A stretch of DNA of 64,000 nt, from NCBI RefSeq assembly GCF_009914755.1, contig NC_060925.1; one strand, 5' to 3'. The position numbers and the translations under genes were made by a program. A model generated the notes under the pieces. The model saw only the letters and a program-made list of their open reading frames with translations, searched no databases and had not been told where the DNA came from. This document shows, in pieces, positions 25,791 to 39,900 of the stretch. Source of the stretch: the human T2T-CHM13v2.0 reference genome, Homo sapiens. Numbering within the stretch: the first letter of the stretch is position 1; each line of letters opens with the position of its first letter.

Positions 25791-27019
25791 GCATAAAATT
25801 CATCTTTCTGTAGATAAAATCATATATATAAATGTGTTTTTTTAAAAAAATGTAGTAAACAAGAGCAAGACAGTTATATTTTAATAGTATCATTTAGAGA
25901 AATAAGACTTGAATTAGGCACTAGACAAAGGGATTTGAAAGGATGTGCAAAACATGAAAATATGGGGGTGATATCAATGAAAATTAAAATTATTGGTATG
26001 GAATAAAGATTTAGGGAAAAATATTTGTGATATTGATATACTTTATTGCTAAATAAGGTGATGGTCATACCAAAAAGAATAATGATGATAAGTTCAGCAG
26101 TGGGCAAAGAGAGTTTTACCTTCTGAATTAATACATATTTGTCAGAAAAATGTTAAATATGGATCTGGAGTCAAAATGGAATTAGTAAACCATCATGATA
26201 TGAGTTTACTAATAAACTGTGGACTGTATTATTCTTTCAGAGCAAAAGATGGGTAAAGAAGAATACAAGTAGATTTTGGGATGTGTCTGCAAATGCAAGT
26301 GTGGAATACATAGAAGAACACTAAATAGGAATCAACAGAAAGGAAGGTAAAGAACTGAGAGAATAGATGTTGCACAAGCCAAAAGTAAAAGAAACAAATG
26401 GTGATGTACCTAAGAAGTACTGTAATCTAATGGTAGTTTAAGTTCTCAGAAGGAATTAATAATATAATTCCTTTGAGTCCCCAAAGCATTTTGTGACTTC
26501 ATTCAAACTATAGGTACTCTTTTAATCATTCACTCTCAAATATTTAATAGTGTTTTGCTCTGTTGTGCATGTGGGATACAGGATAAGGATTATAGTACCT
26601 GCAATTCCATAGAAATTACAGAAGAAAGACCAAGTCTGCCAGGGGGCAGAGAATTGGGGGAAAGTATCCTAGAGTGGAAAATATTTTATTAAGGTTTTGT
26701 AAGCTGGGAAGGGGTTAAAAGACATTTTAGTGTCTAGAATGGTATAAGCCAATATCCAGAGTTATGAAGGATGGCATAATTTTCCAAGCAAGTTGGGTCT
26801 TGCACAAGCACTGGCACCATAGTTATGAGTACATACATGGACAAGAACAGGATATGCAACTGGATAGGTCACTAAAGGAAGACTCTAAAGGACCTTTTGT
26901 ACAATATTACAGAGATTAGTGATCCTGTCAGAAAACTAATGAAGATTTTAAAATATGGAAGTATTTGGAAGTATTACCAGATATGTTTTAGGAAAATAAC
27001 TCTGGCAAAACTTGGGAGA

Positions 27020-27020
<1 letters not shown>

Positions 27021-27078
<58 letters not shown>

Positions 27079-27128
27079 CACACACATATATACACACATA
27101 CATGTATGTATACATGCAAACACACACA

Positions 27129-27197
<69 letters not shown>

Positions 27198-27200
27198 GTG
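27021..27200. repeat. Compound (CA)n/(TA)n microsatellite
   Basis: Directly visible: long (CA)n, mixed TA/CA, a second (CA)n, then (TA)n. Confidence 0.98.
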
Positions 27201-27344
27201 CCAGGGAGTCAGGGAGAAGTCTATTAATAGTCTGAAGATAATTATAGTGACATAGAGAAGAGATGCCAATTGTCTATATATTAAGTTGCTAACATTAGTG
27301 GGCAAGGGAAAAGATTATAAATTGTTCAGTTATAAAAGTGAACT

Positions 27345-28908
27345 TTTTTATTTTTTATTTTTATGGGTACACAGTGGGTGTACATATTTTGGGGAAAATG
27401 AGATATTTGGGATATTTGGATACAGACATATAATTCATAATAATTATTACATCAGGGTAAATAAAGTATCTATCTCCAAGAGCATTCATTTCTTTGTGTT
27501 ACAAACATTTCAATTGTACTTTTAGTTATTCCTAAATGTACAGTAAATTTTTGTCAACTATAGTCACCATGCTGTGCTATCAAATAGTAGATTTTATTAA
27601 TTGTATCTAACTATATTTTTGCATTTATTAACTATACCCCTTACTTCCCTCTCCCTACTACCCTTCCCAGACTCTGGTAACCATCCTTCTACTCTCTATC
27701 TCCATGAGTTTAATTGTTTTCATTTTTAACTCCCACAAATGAGTGAGAGCATGAGAAGTTTATCTTTCTGTGCCAGGTTTATTTCACTTAATATGATGTC
27801 CTCCAGTTCCATCTGTTGTTGCAAATGACAGGATCTTTTTCTTTTTATGGCTGAGTAGCACTCCGTTGTGTATAAATACACCATTTTGTTTATCCATTCA
27901 TTTGTCGAAGGCACTTAATTTGGTTCAAATCTTGGCTATTTTGAATAGTGCTAAAGTAACCATGGGAATGGCAGATATCTCTTTAATATACTGGTTTCCT
28001 TTATTTTGAGTTTATGCCTAGCAATGGGATTGCTGGATCACATGGCAGTTCTATTTTTAGTTTCATGAGAAATCTCCATACTGTTTTCTATTGTGGGTGT
28101 ACTAATTTACATTTCCACCAACAGTGTCCTAGGGTTCCCTTTTATCCACACCCTCGCCAACATTCATTATTACATATCTTTTGGCTCAAACCCATTTTAA
28201 CTGGCCTGAGATGATAGCTCTTTGTAGTTTCGGTTTGCATTTTTCTGACGATCAGTAATGTTGAGCACCTTTTTATATATCTGTTTGCCATTTGCATGTC
28301 TTCTTTGAGAAATATCTATTCAGGTCTTTTGCCCATTTTTAAATCGGATTATTAGTTGTCTTCCTGTAAAGTTTGAGCTTATTACGTATTCAGATGGATA
28401 GTTTGCAAATATTTTCTCCCATTCTGTGGCTTATCTCTTCAATTCGTTGACTGTTTATTTTACTGTACAGAACATTTTTAACTCGATGTGATTCCATTTA
28501 TCCATTTTTTTCTTTAATTGTCTATGCTTTTGGGGTATTATTCAAGAATCTTTGCCTAGACCAATGTCCTGAAGAATTTCTCTAATTTTTCTTTTAGAAG
28601 TTTCATAATTTCAGGTCTCAGATTTAAGTCTTTAACCCATTTTGATTTCACATTTATGTATGGTGAGAGATCTAGGGGTCTAGTTTCATTTTCTGCATGT
28701 GGATATCCAGTTTTCCCAGCACCATTTATTGAAGAGACTGTAGTTTCTTCAGTGTACATTCTTAGCACTTGTGTCAAAAATAAATTCACTCTTGAAGTAT
28801 GGATTTGTGTCTAAGTTCCTTATTTGTTCTGTTGGTCTATGTGTCTGTTTTCATGCCAGTACCATGCTGTTTGGGTTACTATAGCTCTACAGTGTAATTA
28901 GAGGTCAG
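27345..28908 (-). mobile_element. L1MA-type (about L1MA2-4) 5'-truncated LINE-1, 3'UTR plus ORF2 end
   Basis: TTTTATGGGTACA..GTGTA..TATTT...ACATCAGGGTAAAT 3'UTR; ORF2 C-terminal fragments in the ORF track (27726-27914, 28556-28789). Confidence 0.88.
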
Positions 28909-29739
28909 AATTATATTTTTTGAAGAACATTTGAAATATAAGGTATGATATAAAAAATTGTTGATTCATCGATGACTTAAAGATAACCATAATTAATATT
29001 TTGTGTATTTCTTGTGTGTATATGTATGCATTCATGCACGCATTATATATATATTTATTAAAACATATTAATGTAAGTGCATATAGAAAACATATTGCAA
29101 AATCCTCACTGCTATTTAGCTTTACATTATATTATATGCGTTTCACCATATATTGGTCTAATCCTAAAAACACATTGGTAGAATTCTGTAGTATTAAACA
29201 TCACTGCAATTTATCATTAGAAATGTAACTATTGTTTGAAATTTAGATTGTTTCCATGTTTTAGCCATTATATAATATTGAGACTCTTGACTTACATTGA
29301 TAGCTGCTCAGCAGAAATATTACAGTGATTTTATTTTTTCAAGCTATATATGAAGCCCTTTTTACTCCAGCCTCAACAATTAGCAATATCTTTTTAAAAC
29401 TGCCAATTTGATAAATGAAAATGTTATGTTTCATTTGACAGTTTATACAGTTGAACTCTTTCTTATGTTTATTGGCCACCTATATATCAACTGAAATAAA
29501 TTATCTATTCATACAAATTCTTTATGTTTGTATTTTCTTTGCTTGTGCATTGTAACAGCTCAAGAAATTCAGTGGGGATAGAATCCTAGAGAATCCTCCA
29601 AAATTCACTGATTTAGTAAACTTGTTTTGTCCTTGCCTTGTGCCTGGAGCATTTCCAAGCTGCTTATTTGGTAGTGGGTATTTAATAATTTTGAAGCCCA
29701 GCGTCAAAACTTTCTGCATCTACTAATAGTCCTGTTTTG

Positions 29740-30177
29740 CTTTATGAATCACCATGGTTACTTCAACCTCCGTTCAGGTGTTTTGGATGGAGTTGGCCTC
29801 ATTTCTAGGCACCAGAGCTGCATTATGTGTCTTGGGAAAAGCCAATCAGCACATTCTATCTTTCTTATTATAATCATTACTTCAGGGACTGGCATCTTTC
29901 CAAGTGAAGTCAATCAAACCTAATGAAAATCAATTTTCTACAAGGAAATCAAACCCTTTTTATAAATTTGGTTTATTGATACTATAAGCCTGAAGTAACC
30001 TGAGGCAACCCATAGCATTTAAAAATGGCAGCAACTCACAAACAGCACAGCCAAGCCAATTCTGAATTCGACCATTCCCAACATTACACCCAACCCTGTA
30101 CAGTTCAGTTAGGTGAGCTTATGCAAATAATTTTTCCTTAAACAATTTGATTTCAAATTTCTCTGATTTACAATTGA
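29740..30177 (+). mobile_element. Old MaLR LTR (MLT1K/L-like)
   Basis: AAGCCAATCAGCACATTCTATC...TTCAGGGACTGGCAT... and a decayed MLT1 terminus at the AluY junction. Confidence 0.45.
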
Positions 30178-30585
30178 TTTTTTTTTTTTTTTTTTGAGAC
30201 AGAGTCTAGCTCTGTTGCCCAGACTGGAGTGCAGTGGTGCAATCTCCGCTCACTGCAAAGCTCTGCCTCCCGGGTTCACGCCATTCTCCTGCCTCAGCCT
30301 CCCGAATAGCTGGGACTACAGGCGCCCGCCACCACGCCCGGCTAATTTTTTGCATTTTTAGTAGAGACGAGGTTTTACCATGTTAGCCAGGGTGGTCTCG
30401 ATCTCCTGACCCCGTGATCTGCCTGCCTTGGCCTCCCAAAGTGCTTGGATTATAGGCGTGAGCCACTGTACCCAGCCACAATTAAAATTTTTAATTGATA
30501 GAATAATGAAAAATTACAACTTTTATTTCTGTTATTTACAATTGAATTTTTAATTGATAGAATAGTGAAAAAATGACAACTTTTA
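30158..30585. repeat. ~60-bp tandem duplication; first copy split by the AluY
   Basis: ACAATTAAAATTTTTAATTGATAGAATAATGAAAAATTACAACTTTTA (30478-30525) vs ACAATTGAATTTTTAATTGATAGAATAGTGAAAAAATGACAACTTTTA (30538-30585); each is preceded by TTTCT...ATTT. Confidence 0.85.
30178..30477 (-). mobile_element. AluY
   Basis: Poly-T, CCCGGGTTCACGCCATTCTCC, CpG-rich; flanking ACAATT repeat. Confidence 0.95.
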
Positions 30586-31924
30586 CCAAACGTCTTGATA
30601 AATACTCCAATTCATTATTCTTAATGAAAAACTAAGTGAGAAATCATAAGTTCTCAAATCCTGCAGACTATCAGAGTTCCTAGGACCCTGAATATTAAGG
30701 CTATTTTCCTTCAGAGTGAACATACTGTAATAATGGGGCCCAGAATTTTTCACTTTAATTTTTGGAATTAACTGCATTTCTATTGTTCTAGGAAAAAACA
30801 TATTTATGAATAGAGATTAAAATTCATGAATATTTTATGCAACAAATGAAGGGATTGACTTACTGTGTATTTAGCAGAGTCGGTTACCTGTGTCGTGATG
30901 TAGTTCAAAGAATTACAGGTGTTTCCCAAATTATAAAGGTAAAGCAAAACCATGCACCTTTAATCACTATAATAAATTTCTGTTTTTAACTCTCCACTTC
31001 CTTAGCTTCCAGGAGAAAAATATAAGATTTAGGTAAACAAGTTTTATATAAATAAAATCGGTGTGATTTTATTCTTATCCCATTTAGAGTTACATCATTG
31101 GTGTCCCTTGTCCTTTCATTTATTATATATAGAAAAACACCAATGTGAAATTATGTATTTTGTTTCTTGATCACAAATCTTTCTTTCCAAAATAAAAGCG
31201 TTTGACATTTTATTATAGATAAGGAAAAGCTTTCTATCCTCATCACCTTTTTCCCTGAATTTTATAATCCTTTCATGGGAGAAACAGCTTTTTTCTCTTT
31301 TTTCCAGCTTCATTATCTAAAGGACAGTTAAATGACATCCAAACCAGGAACCTGGATTTGTTGGATGTTACTTTCTTTTCATATCCACATCCAATTAGTT
31401 ACCATAACCTATTATTTTACATCCTAAATATCAACTGCGGTCCTCTCTTCCTTTCTATCTCTAAAACTTTGACTTTTTTTAGCTGTAATAATTTCATGTT
31501 TGAATTACTAAAGCAGTCGCACACGTTGTTTCCATGATTGTATTGTCTCCCTGAATCATGAGATCTGTCTTAAATCTGTTGCCACAGTGACATAATAGTG
31601 CTCTAAGGCACAAATGTAATCATACATTTCTTTTTAACCACAAATTCTTTCATGTGGTTTAATCTTGTTTTTTAAAAATAAGAATAATATTTAGAATTAA
31701 TTTTAAAATTATCGTATGTCAGAATTTCCCTTGTCATTTTACTATTTCCCTCGTGCCCACCTGTGGGCTCACGTCTTACTATGTCCTCACATCCACCCTT
31801 TCTTTCAATCATATAACCATTATTTATTAAGTTCCTGCTTAAATAATAGGACATTTGAAATACCTAATTCTCATGTCAACCATATAGTGTAAGATTTATT
31901 ATTTCAAGGTAAGAATTACTTCAC

Positions 31925-32242
<318 letters not shown>

Positions 32243-32604
32243 TCACACTGAATTACTTTCAATTTAACAAAAGCAGCCTTGTTTCTCCTCTCTCCATGAC
32301 TCCCTTTCTCTCTGGAATACCGTTTCCTTCCAACCCACTTTGACAACCATTCATCCACAGCTCAAATAAGTTGAGATAAATATTTGACTCAGAATATGCA
32401 AAGTGGTGTTTATTAAATTTAGAAGGAAATTACATAAGCTATTTTGTTCTTATTTAAAAATACCTAAGAAGCTATTTATATAGGTCAATGATCCTCAACC
32501 CTTCAAGAAACATTTAGGGAATCCCTGAAGCATATTTTACAATTTTCAAAAAATGTTTCCCTTTGCAAAGACTTCACGTTAATATTCAAATTTTATTGTT
32601 AGGT

Positions 32605-32850
32605 AAGTTCATGGACTTTGGAGTCAGAAGATTTAGGTCAGAATACTGGGTTTTTCATTACCACCTGGGAAGTTGTAGGCATTAATTAAAGTCTCTGAAG
32701 TCCAATTTTATTATCAATGAAATGGGATAATAAAGGTACTTTTGTTTAAGTATTAGCTTACTGTGAAAATTAAATGAGATGGAGCATGGAAAAAGATGAT
32801 CAGAGCACACTGCTAGCCAAAGTACTTCCTTAATAAGTGATATATTTTTA
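32605..32850 (+). mobile_element. MIR
   Basis: ATGGACTTTGGAGTCAGAAGA...AATGAAATGGGATAATAA...GTGAAAATTAAATGAGAT. Confidence 0.75.
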
Positions 32851-33959
32851 CTATTGTTATTGTTGACATTGTTTTTGCTGTTATTGGGCTTCCTGAAGCT
32901 TTTTTTTCAAAATCCCTTTGCTAACACATACAATATGCCAGTTATTGTAGATATAATAACAGTAAACTTTTCAGAACAATGTAAATATGCTAGGGAGATA
33001 GAATATTTTTATCGTGTGAAAACTGGCTAGATAGCTTTCAGTGATAATTTAGTCTTGCTTCTTTCATTCTACTTTAAGAATAGTTTTTTTTAGATTTACA
33101 AATGAAGCAAAGCCTGCATATCTAAAAATATGTATTTAATAATGTATTTTCCTACACGATAAAAGAATTTGATGAGAAAAGTTTGAAGGACACAGAGAGT
33201 AATCATTAATTAGAACACATATTTCTTGCAAAATGCCTTTATATTATATTTGTACTTCAAAAGTATCAAATTACAAAGGGTAATATAACACCTTTTAAGT
33301 ACCTAAAACAGTGAAGAAGCATAATCCTTCTAAGGAAGGAAGAAAACTCTTTAACAATAGTGTAAATTATTTGTAGACCTCCTGCTTGAATAAGATAAGT
33401 TATTAAGATTTTCTGATATGATTGACTATTGTTTTAACTGCTATTTGTGTTTCAACATAGAGGAGATAAACACACTTTGGATAGAAAGTCCAGAGACCTT
33501 GCCTGTTATTTGCTAATCATATGGCATTCTGTAAGGCACTCATCTCTCTGGACCTCAATTTCTCATCAGAGAAATTAACAGCTTTGAATACATAATATCT
33601 AATCTACATTAACAGTCAAACTCTTGTGTAATAGGTAGGTCCTAGAACTGCATAGATTAAGAGACTGTTGTTTACAGGTTGTTAAATTTGGCACGTTGCT
33701 TTAACTAACTGAAACTTATTTTTTTCCACAGGAAAAACATATATAATTGTGTTTACTGTACAGGTTTGTTGTGAGAAACGTATGTTAATCTACATATTTC
33801 CTGGCAGGTGGTAGACATTTAATGCATGTTAACTAACAATAGTATTTTATAGAAGCTTTGAAAATATGCAGTGCTTAATTTTCTTCATTAATGCTTAATC
33901 AAAATCTATACTCTTTCAGTTAATTATGTCAATGCTTTTACTTCATTTTACCTTATTAA

Positions 33960-36900
33960 AATTTTTAATGTTTAATTTTCATGGGTACATAATAGGTGTA
34001 TATATTTATGGGATACATGACATATTTTGACACAAGTATATAAAATGTAATAATCATATCAGGGTAAATGGAATATCCATCACCTCAAGCATTTATCATT
34101 TATTTGTATTGCAAACAATCCAATTATATGCTTTTAGTTATTTTTAAATGTACAGTAAATTATAGTTGACTGTAGTCACTCTATTGTGCTATCAAGTAGT
34201 GGATCTTATTCATTGTATCTAACTATATTTTTATACTCATTAACCATTCTCATTTCTCTCCCTGTCTCTCCCCAGTAATCTTCCCAGTCTCTGATAACAA
34301 TCACTCTACTTTCTATCTCCATGAATTCAATGGTTTTAATTTTAGCTGCTACAAATGAGTAATAACATGATAAATTTGTCTTTCTATGCCTGGCTTATGT
34401 CATTTAATATAATGTCTTCCAGTTCCATCCATGCTATTACAAATGACAAAATCTTATTCTTGTTATGGCTGAATAGCACTCCATTTTGTATTTTGTACAT
34501 TTTCTTTATCTATTAATCTGTTGATGGACACAAAGGTTGGTTCCAAATCTTGGCTATTGGGAATAGTACTACAGTAAACATGGGAGTGCAGATAACTCTT
34601 GGATATACTGGTTTCCTTTCTTTTGGGTATATACCTAGCAGTGAAATTGCTGGATCATATGGCAGTTCTACTATTAGTTTTTTGAGGAAACCCCATACTG
34701 TTCACCATTTCCATAGTGGCTGTACTAATTTACATACCCCAAAACAGTATACAAAGGTTCCCTTTTCTCCACATTCTTGCCAGCATTCATTATTATCTAT
34801 CCTTTGGATCGAAGCCATTTTAACTGGGGTGAGATGATTTCTAATTGTAGTTTTGATTTGCATTTTTCTGAAGATCAATACTGTTGAGCACATTTCTATG
34901 TACTCATCGTTATTTGCATGTCTTGAATCATCCTTGCATCCCTGGGATAAATCCCACTTAGTCATGATGAAACATCTTAATGTATTGTTGGGTTTGGTTT
35001 GCTAGTATTTTGTTGAAGATTTTTGCATCAATGTTCATCAGGGATATGAGACTATTAGTTTTCTTTTTTGATATGTCTTTGTCTGATTTTTATCAGGATA
35101 ATGTTGGTCTCATAGAATGAGATTGGAAGTATTTCCTCCTACTCTATTTATTGGAAGGGTTTGGGTAGGATTCTATTTTTATTTAAGTGCTTGGTATAAT
35201 TCAGCAGTAAAGCCATTGGGTCCTGACTTTTTCTTTGCTGGAAGACTTTTTATTATGGCTTCAATCACATTACTTGTTATTAATCTATTCAGGTTTTGGA
35301 ATTCTTCATGGATCAATCTTGCTATGCTGTATGTTTCCAGGCATTTGTCCATTTCTTCTAGGTTTTCCAATGTATTGGCAATACAGTGGCTCATAGTAGT
35401 GTCTACTGATCCTTTGAATTTCTGTGGTATCAGTTTCAATGTCTCCCTTTTCATCTCTGATTTTATTTATTTGTTCTTCTTTTTTATTTAATCTGACTAA
35501 AGGATTGTCAATTTTGTTTACCTTTCCCAAAAATCGATTTTTCATATTGTTGATCTTTTGTATTGTTTTTAACATTTCAATTTTATTTATCTTTGCTCTG
35601 ATCTTCTATTAATTTGGGTTTTCATTTTCTCTTGTTATTCTGGCTAAGATGAATTTTTCAGTCATTTATTTGAAGTTTTTCTGCTTTTTTGATGTAGTTG
35701 TATATTGCTATAAAGTTTCTTCTTAGTAGTGCTTTTGCTGTATTCCGTAGGTTTTGGTATGTTGTCTTTCCATTTTCATTTATTTCAAAGATTTTAAAAA
35801 TTTATTTCTTAATTTATTCATTGACCCACTTGTCATTAAGGAGCATATTGTATAATTTCCATGCATTTGCATAGTTTCCAAAATTCCTCTTGTTATTGTT
35901 TTCTAATTTTATTCCATTGTGGTCAGAGAAGGTACTTGACAGGATTTCACTTTTCAAATTTTTAAACATTTGTTTTATGTACTAACATATGCTCTATCCT
36001 TGAGAATGACCCATGTGCTAAGGAGAAGAATGTGTATTCTACAGCCATTAGATAAAATGTTCTGTAAATATCTATTAGTTCCATTGGGTCTATAATGAGA
36101 TTAAGTCTGATGTTTCCTTGTTGATTTTCTGCCTGGATGTTCTTTCTGATGCTGAAAGTGGGATGTTGAAGTCTCCAGCTATTATTGTATTGTGATCTAT
36201 CTCTCTTTGGCTCTAATAATATTTGTTTTTATATCTGGGTACTCCAGTGTTGGGTGCATATGTATTTACAATTGTTTTATCCTTTTGCTGAATTGACATA
36301 TTTATCATTATATAATGATCTTATTTGTCTCTTTTTATAGTTTTTGTTTTGAAATATATTTTGTCTGATTTAAGTATAGCTACTCTTGCTCTTTTTTAGT
36401 TTCTATTTGAATGGAATTTCTTTTTTCATCCCTTTATTTTCTGTGCCTTTATAGGCAAAATGTGTTTCTTGTAGGCAGCAGATTATTGGGTCTTTTTTTT
36501 TTTTTTAATCCATTCAGCCACTCTATGTCTTTTGATTGGAGAATTTAGTCCATTTACAGTAAATATTATTATTGATAAGTAAAGACTTACTTTTGCCATT
36601 TTATAACTTCTCTTCTGGTTGTTATGTGATCTTCTCCTTTTTCTTCCTTTTTTTCACTTCCTTCCATTCTTCCTTCCTACCTTTCTGTCTACCATTTGGT
36701 GAAGATGATTTTCTCTGGTGGTATGTTTTATTTTTTGCTTTTTCTTTTTGTGTATCTGTTTAAGGTTTTTTGATTTGAGGTTACCATGATGTGTGAAAGT
36801 AACATTTCATAACCCATGATTGCAAACTGAAAACAACTTAACACTGACTGCAAAACAAATGAACTAAACTAACAAGCAAAGAGAAAACTAATAGAGATTC

Positions 36901-39900
36901 TACAGTTTATCTGCCATACTTTTTAACCATTTGTTGTTTCTATTTATATCTTATTATGTCTGTGTCTTTAAAATTGTTTTGTTATTTTTGATAGTTTCAT
37001 TTTTTTTCCTTTTAGTCCAGAGATAAGTAGTTCACACACAACAATTAGAGTGTTATAATACCTTATATTTGTCTATGTACTTATTATTGCCAGTGAGTTT
37101 TGTTCCTTTGGATGTCTTCTTTTGCTCACTGTGGTGGTTGTTATTGAGTGTCAACTTGATTGGATTGAAGGATACAAAGTATTGTTCCTGGGTGTGTCTG
37201 TGAGAGTGTTGCCAAAGGAGATTAACATTTGAATCAGTGGACTGGGAGAGGCAGATCCAACCTCAATCTGGGTGGACACAATCTAATCAGCTGCCAGCAT
37301 AGCTAGAATAAAGCAAACAGAAGAAGATAGAAAGAGCAGACTTGCTGAGTCTCCCAACCTTCATCTTTCTCTTGTGCTGGATGCTTCCTGCCCTAGAACA
37401 TCAGACTCCAAGTTCTTCAGCCCCTGGACTCAGACTTACCCCAGTGGTTTTCCAGGGGCTCTTATGCCTTTGGACCCAGACTGAAGGCTACACTGTCGGC
37501 TTCCCTACTTTTGAGGTTTTAGGAGTTGACTGGCTTCTGTGCTCCCCAGCTTTCAGACAACCTATTGTGGAACTTCATCTTGTAACTGTGTGAGTCAGTA
37601 TTCCTTAATAAACTCCTCTTTATATATACATCTAGCCTATTGGTTTTGTCCCTGTAGAGAACCCTGACTAATACACTCATTCATGTCTATTTCTTTCAGA
37701 TTGCAGAACTTCCTTTAGTATTTATTGTAGGAGAGGTCTGGTGTTGCTGAAATCCTTCCGCTTTTGTTTGTCTGGGAAGGTCTTTATTTCTCCTTCATGC
37801 TTAAACAATACTTTCACTGGACAAACTCTTCTTGGGTAAAAGGTTTTTCCTTCAACACTTTAAATATGTCATACCACTCTTGCTTGAAGCTCCTTAGTAT
37901 GTTGTTTTTTTGTCTTGGTGCTTTTAGGATCCTTTCTTTATTATTGACTTTGGGAATTTGATTTAATACCTTGAGGTAGTGCTATTTGTGTTAAATCTGC
38001 TTGGTGTTCTATAACCTTTTTGTACTTGAATATGGATATCTTTCTCTGGGTTTGGAAAATTCTTTGTTATTATATCTTTGAATAATCTTTCTACTCTGAT
38101 CTCTCTCTCTACTTCTTCTTCTTAGAGGTCAGTAACTCTTAGATTTGCCTAGTTGAGGCTATGTTCTAGATCTTGCAGGTGTGTTTTATTCTTTTTTATT
38201 GATTTTTTTCTTTATGTCCTTTGACTGTGTATTTTCAAATAGCCTATATTCAGGATCAGTAATTCTTTCTGCTCCTTGATCAGTTCTGCTACTGAAAGAC
38301 TGATGCGTTCTTCAGAATGTCAATTGAATTTTCAGCTCCAGAATTTTGCCTTGATTTTAAAAAATTATTTCAATCTCTTTGTTAAATTTATCTAGTAGGA
38401 TTCTGAATTTCTTCTCTGTGTTATCTTAAATTTTGTTGAGCTTCCTCAAAATAGCTATTTTGAATTATCTGTTTGAAAGGTCATATATCTCTCACTGTGG
38501 AATTCATCACTGGTGCCTTATTCAGTTTGTTTGGTGAAGTCATGTTTTCCTGTATGATCTTGATGCTTGTAGATGTTCATCAATTTGGGCATTGAAGAGT
38601 TAGGTATTTATTGTAGTCTCCACAGTCTGGGCTTGTTGGTGCCTATTTTTTGGGGGAAGGCTTTCCATGTATTCAAAGGAAATTTAGTGCTATTATCTAA
38701 GTCTTTGGTTACAGCAGCCATGTCTGTATTAGGAGACACCCCAACACAGTAGCACTGTGACTCTTGCAGACTCATCAGGGTACGATTTTTGTAGTCCTTG
38801 GTAAAATCCAGGACAATTTTTTGGATTACCAGTCAAAGATTCTTGTTATCTTCCTTTTCCTCTCCCCAAAGAATTGGAGTCTCTCGCTCTATGTTGAGCT
38901 GCCTGGAGTTGAGGGAGAGGTGACACAAGCACCCCTGTGGCCACCAGCAATGGGATTGTGGTGGGTTAGACCCAAACTCAGCACATCAATGGGTCTTGCC
39001 CAAAGTTTGCAGCAACCATTGCCTGGCTATCACCAATGTTCACCAAAGCCTAAGGGCTCTTCAGTCATCAAGTGGAAGTCCATCCAGGCTTGTGTTCTTA
39101 CGTTCAGGGTGGCAAGTTACCCCCCTCTGCTCACTTCAGACCCAGAGCATGTCCAGAAATGCCATCCAGGAGCCAGGTTTGGGATTCAGAAAGTTTGAGA
39201 ATCTACTTGGTGCTCTATTCTACTGCAGGTGAACTGACACCAAAGCTGCAAGACAAAGTCCTTCCAACTCTTCCCTCTCCTTTTATTGAGCAAAAGGAGT
39301 CTCTCCCTGCAGCTACCACCACTCAGGCTCATGGCAAATACTGCCTGGCTACCACCAATGTTCACTTAAGCCCCAAAAGCTCTTTAATCACCTTGTGGTG
39401 AATGCTGCCAGGTCTGTCTCTCCTGTTGGGGCAGTAGGCTCCTCTCTGGCCCAGATCAGGTCCAGAAATGGCATCAAGGAGCCAAGGCATAGAATCAGGA
39501 ACCCCAATAGCCTGCTTGGTGCTCTGACCCACTATGGCCAAGTTGGTACCCAAGCTGCAAGAGAAAATTCCCTTAATCTTCCCTTTCCTTTCCTCATGCG
39601 GGGGTCTCTCCCCATGACTGCAACAACTGGGAATGTTCTGGGTCACAACTAAAGCAAGCATGTCACTGAGTCTCACCTAAAGCCCACAGTCAGTACTGCT
39701 TGGGTAATGCTAATGTTTATTCAAAGCCCAAGGGCTCTTTAGTCAGCAGGATTGAGTTGTTTTCTTCAAGGCAGTAGGTTCTCTTCTGGCCCAGTGTGGG
39801 TCTAGAAATGTCATCTAGGAGCTGGGGCCTTGAATGGGGCTGCAGAACTTTGCCTAGTGCTGTATCCTACTGTGGTTGAACTGATATCAAAGGTGCAAGA

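Noticed and set aside
26897-27305. His/Thr- and Cys/Val-repeat ORFs
   Set aside because: Translations of the (CA)n/(TG)n microsatellite.
30478-30585. Repeat-spacer-repeat pattern resembling a CRISPR array
   Set aside because: Only two adjacent AT-rich copies in primate DNA, with no spacers or cas genes; a simple tandem duplication.
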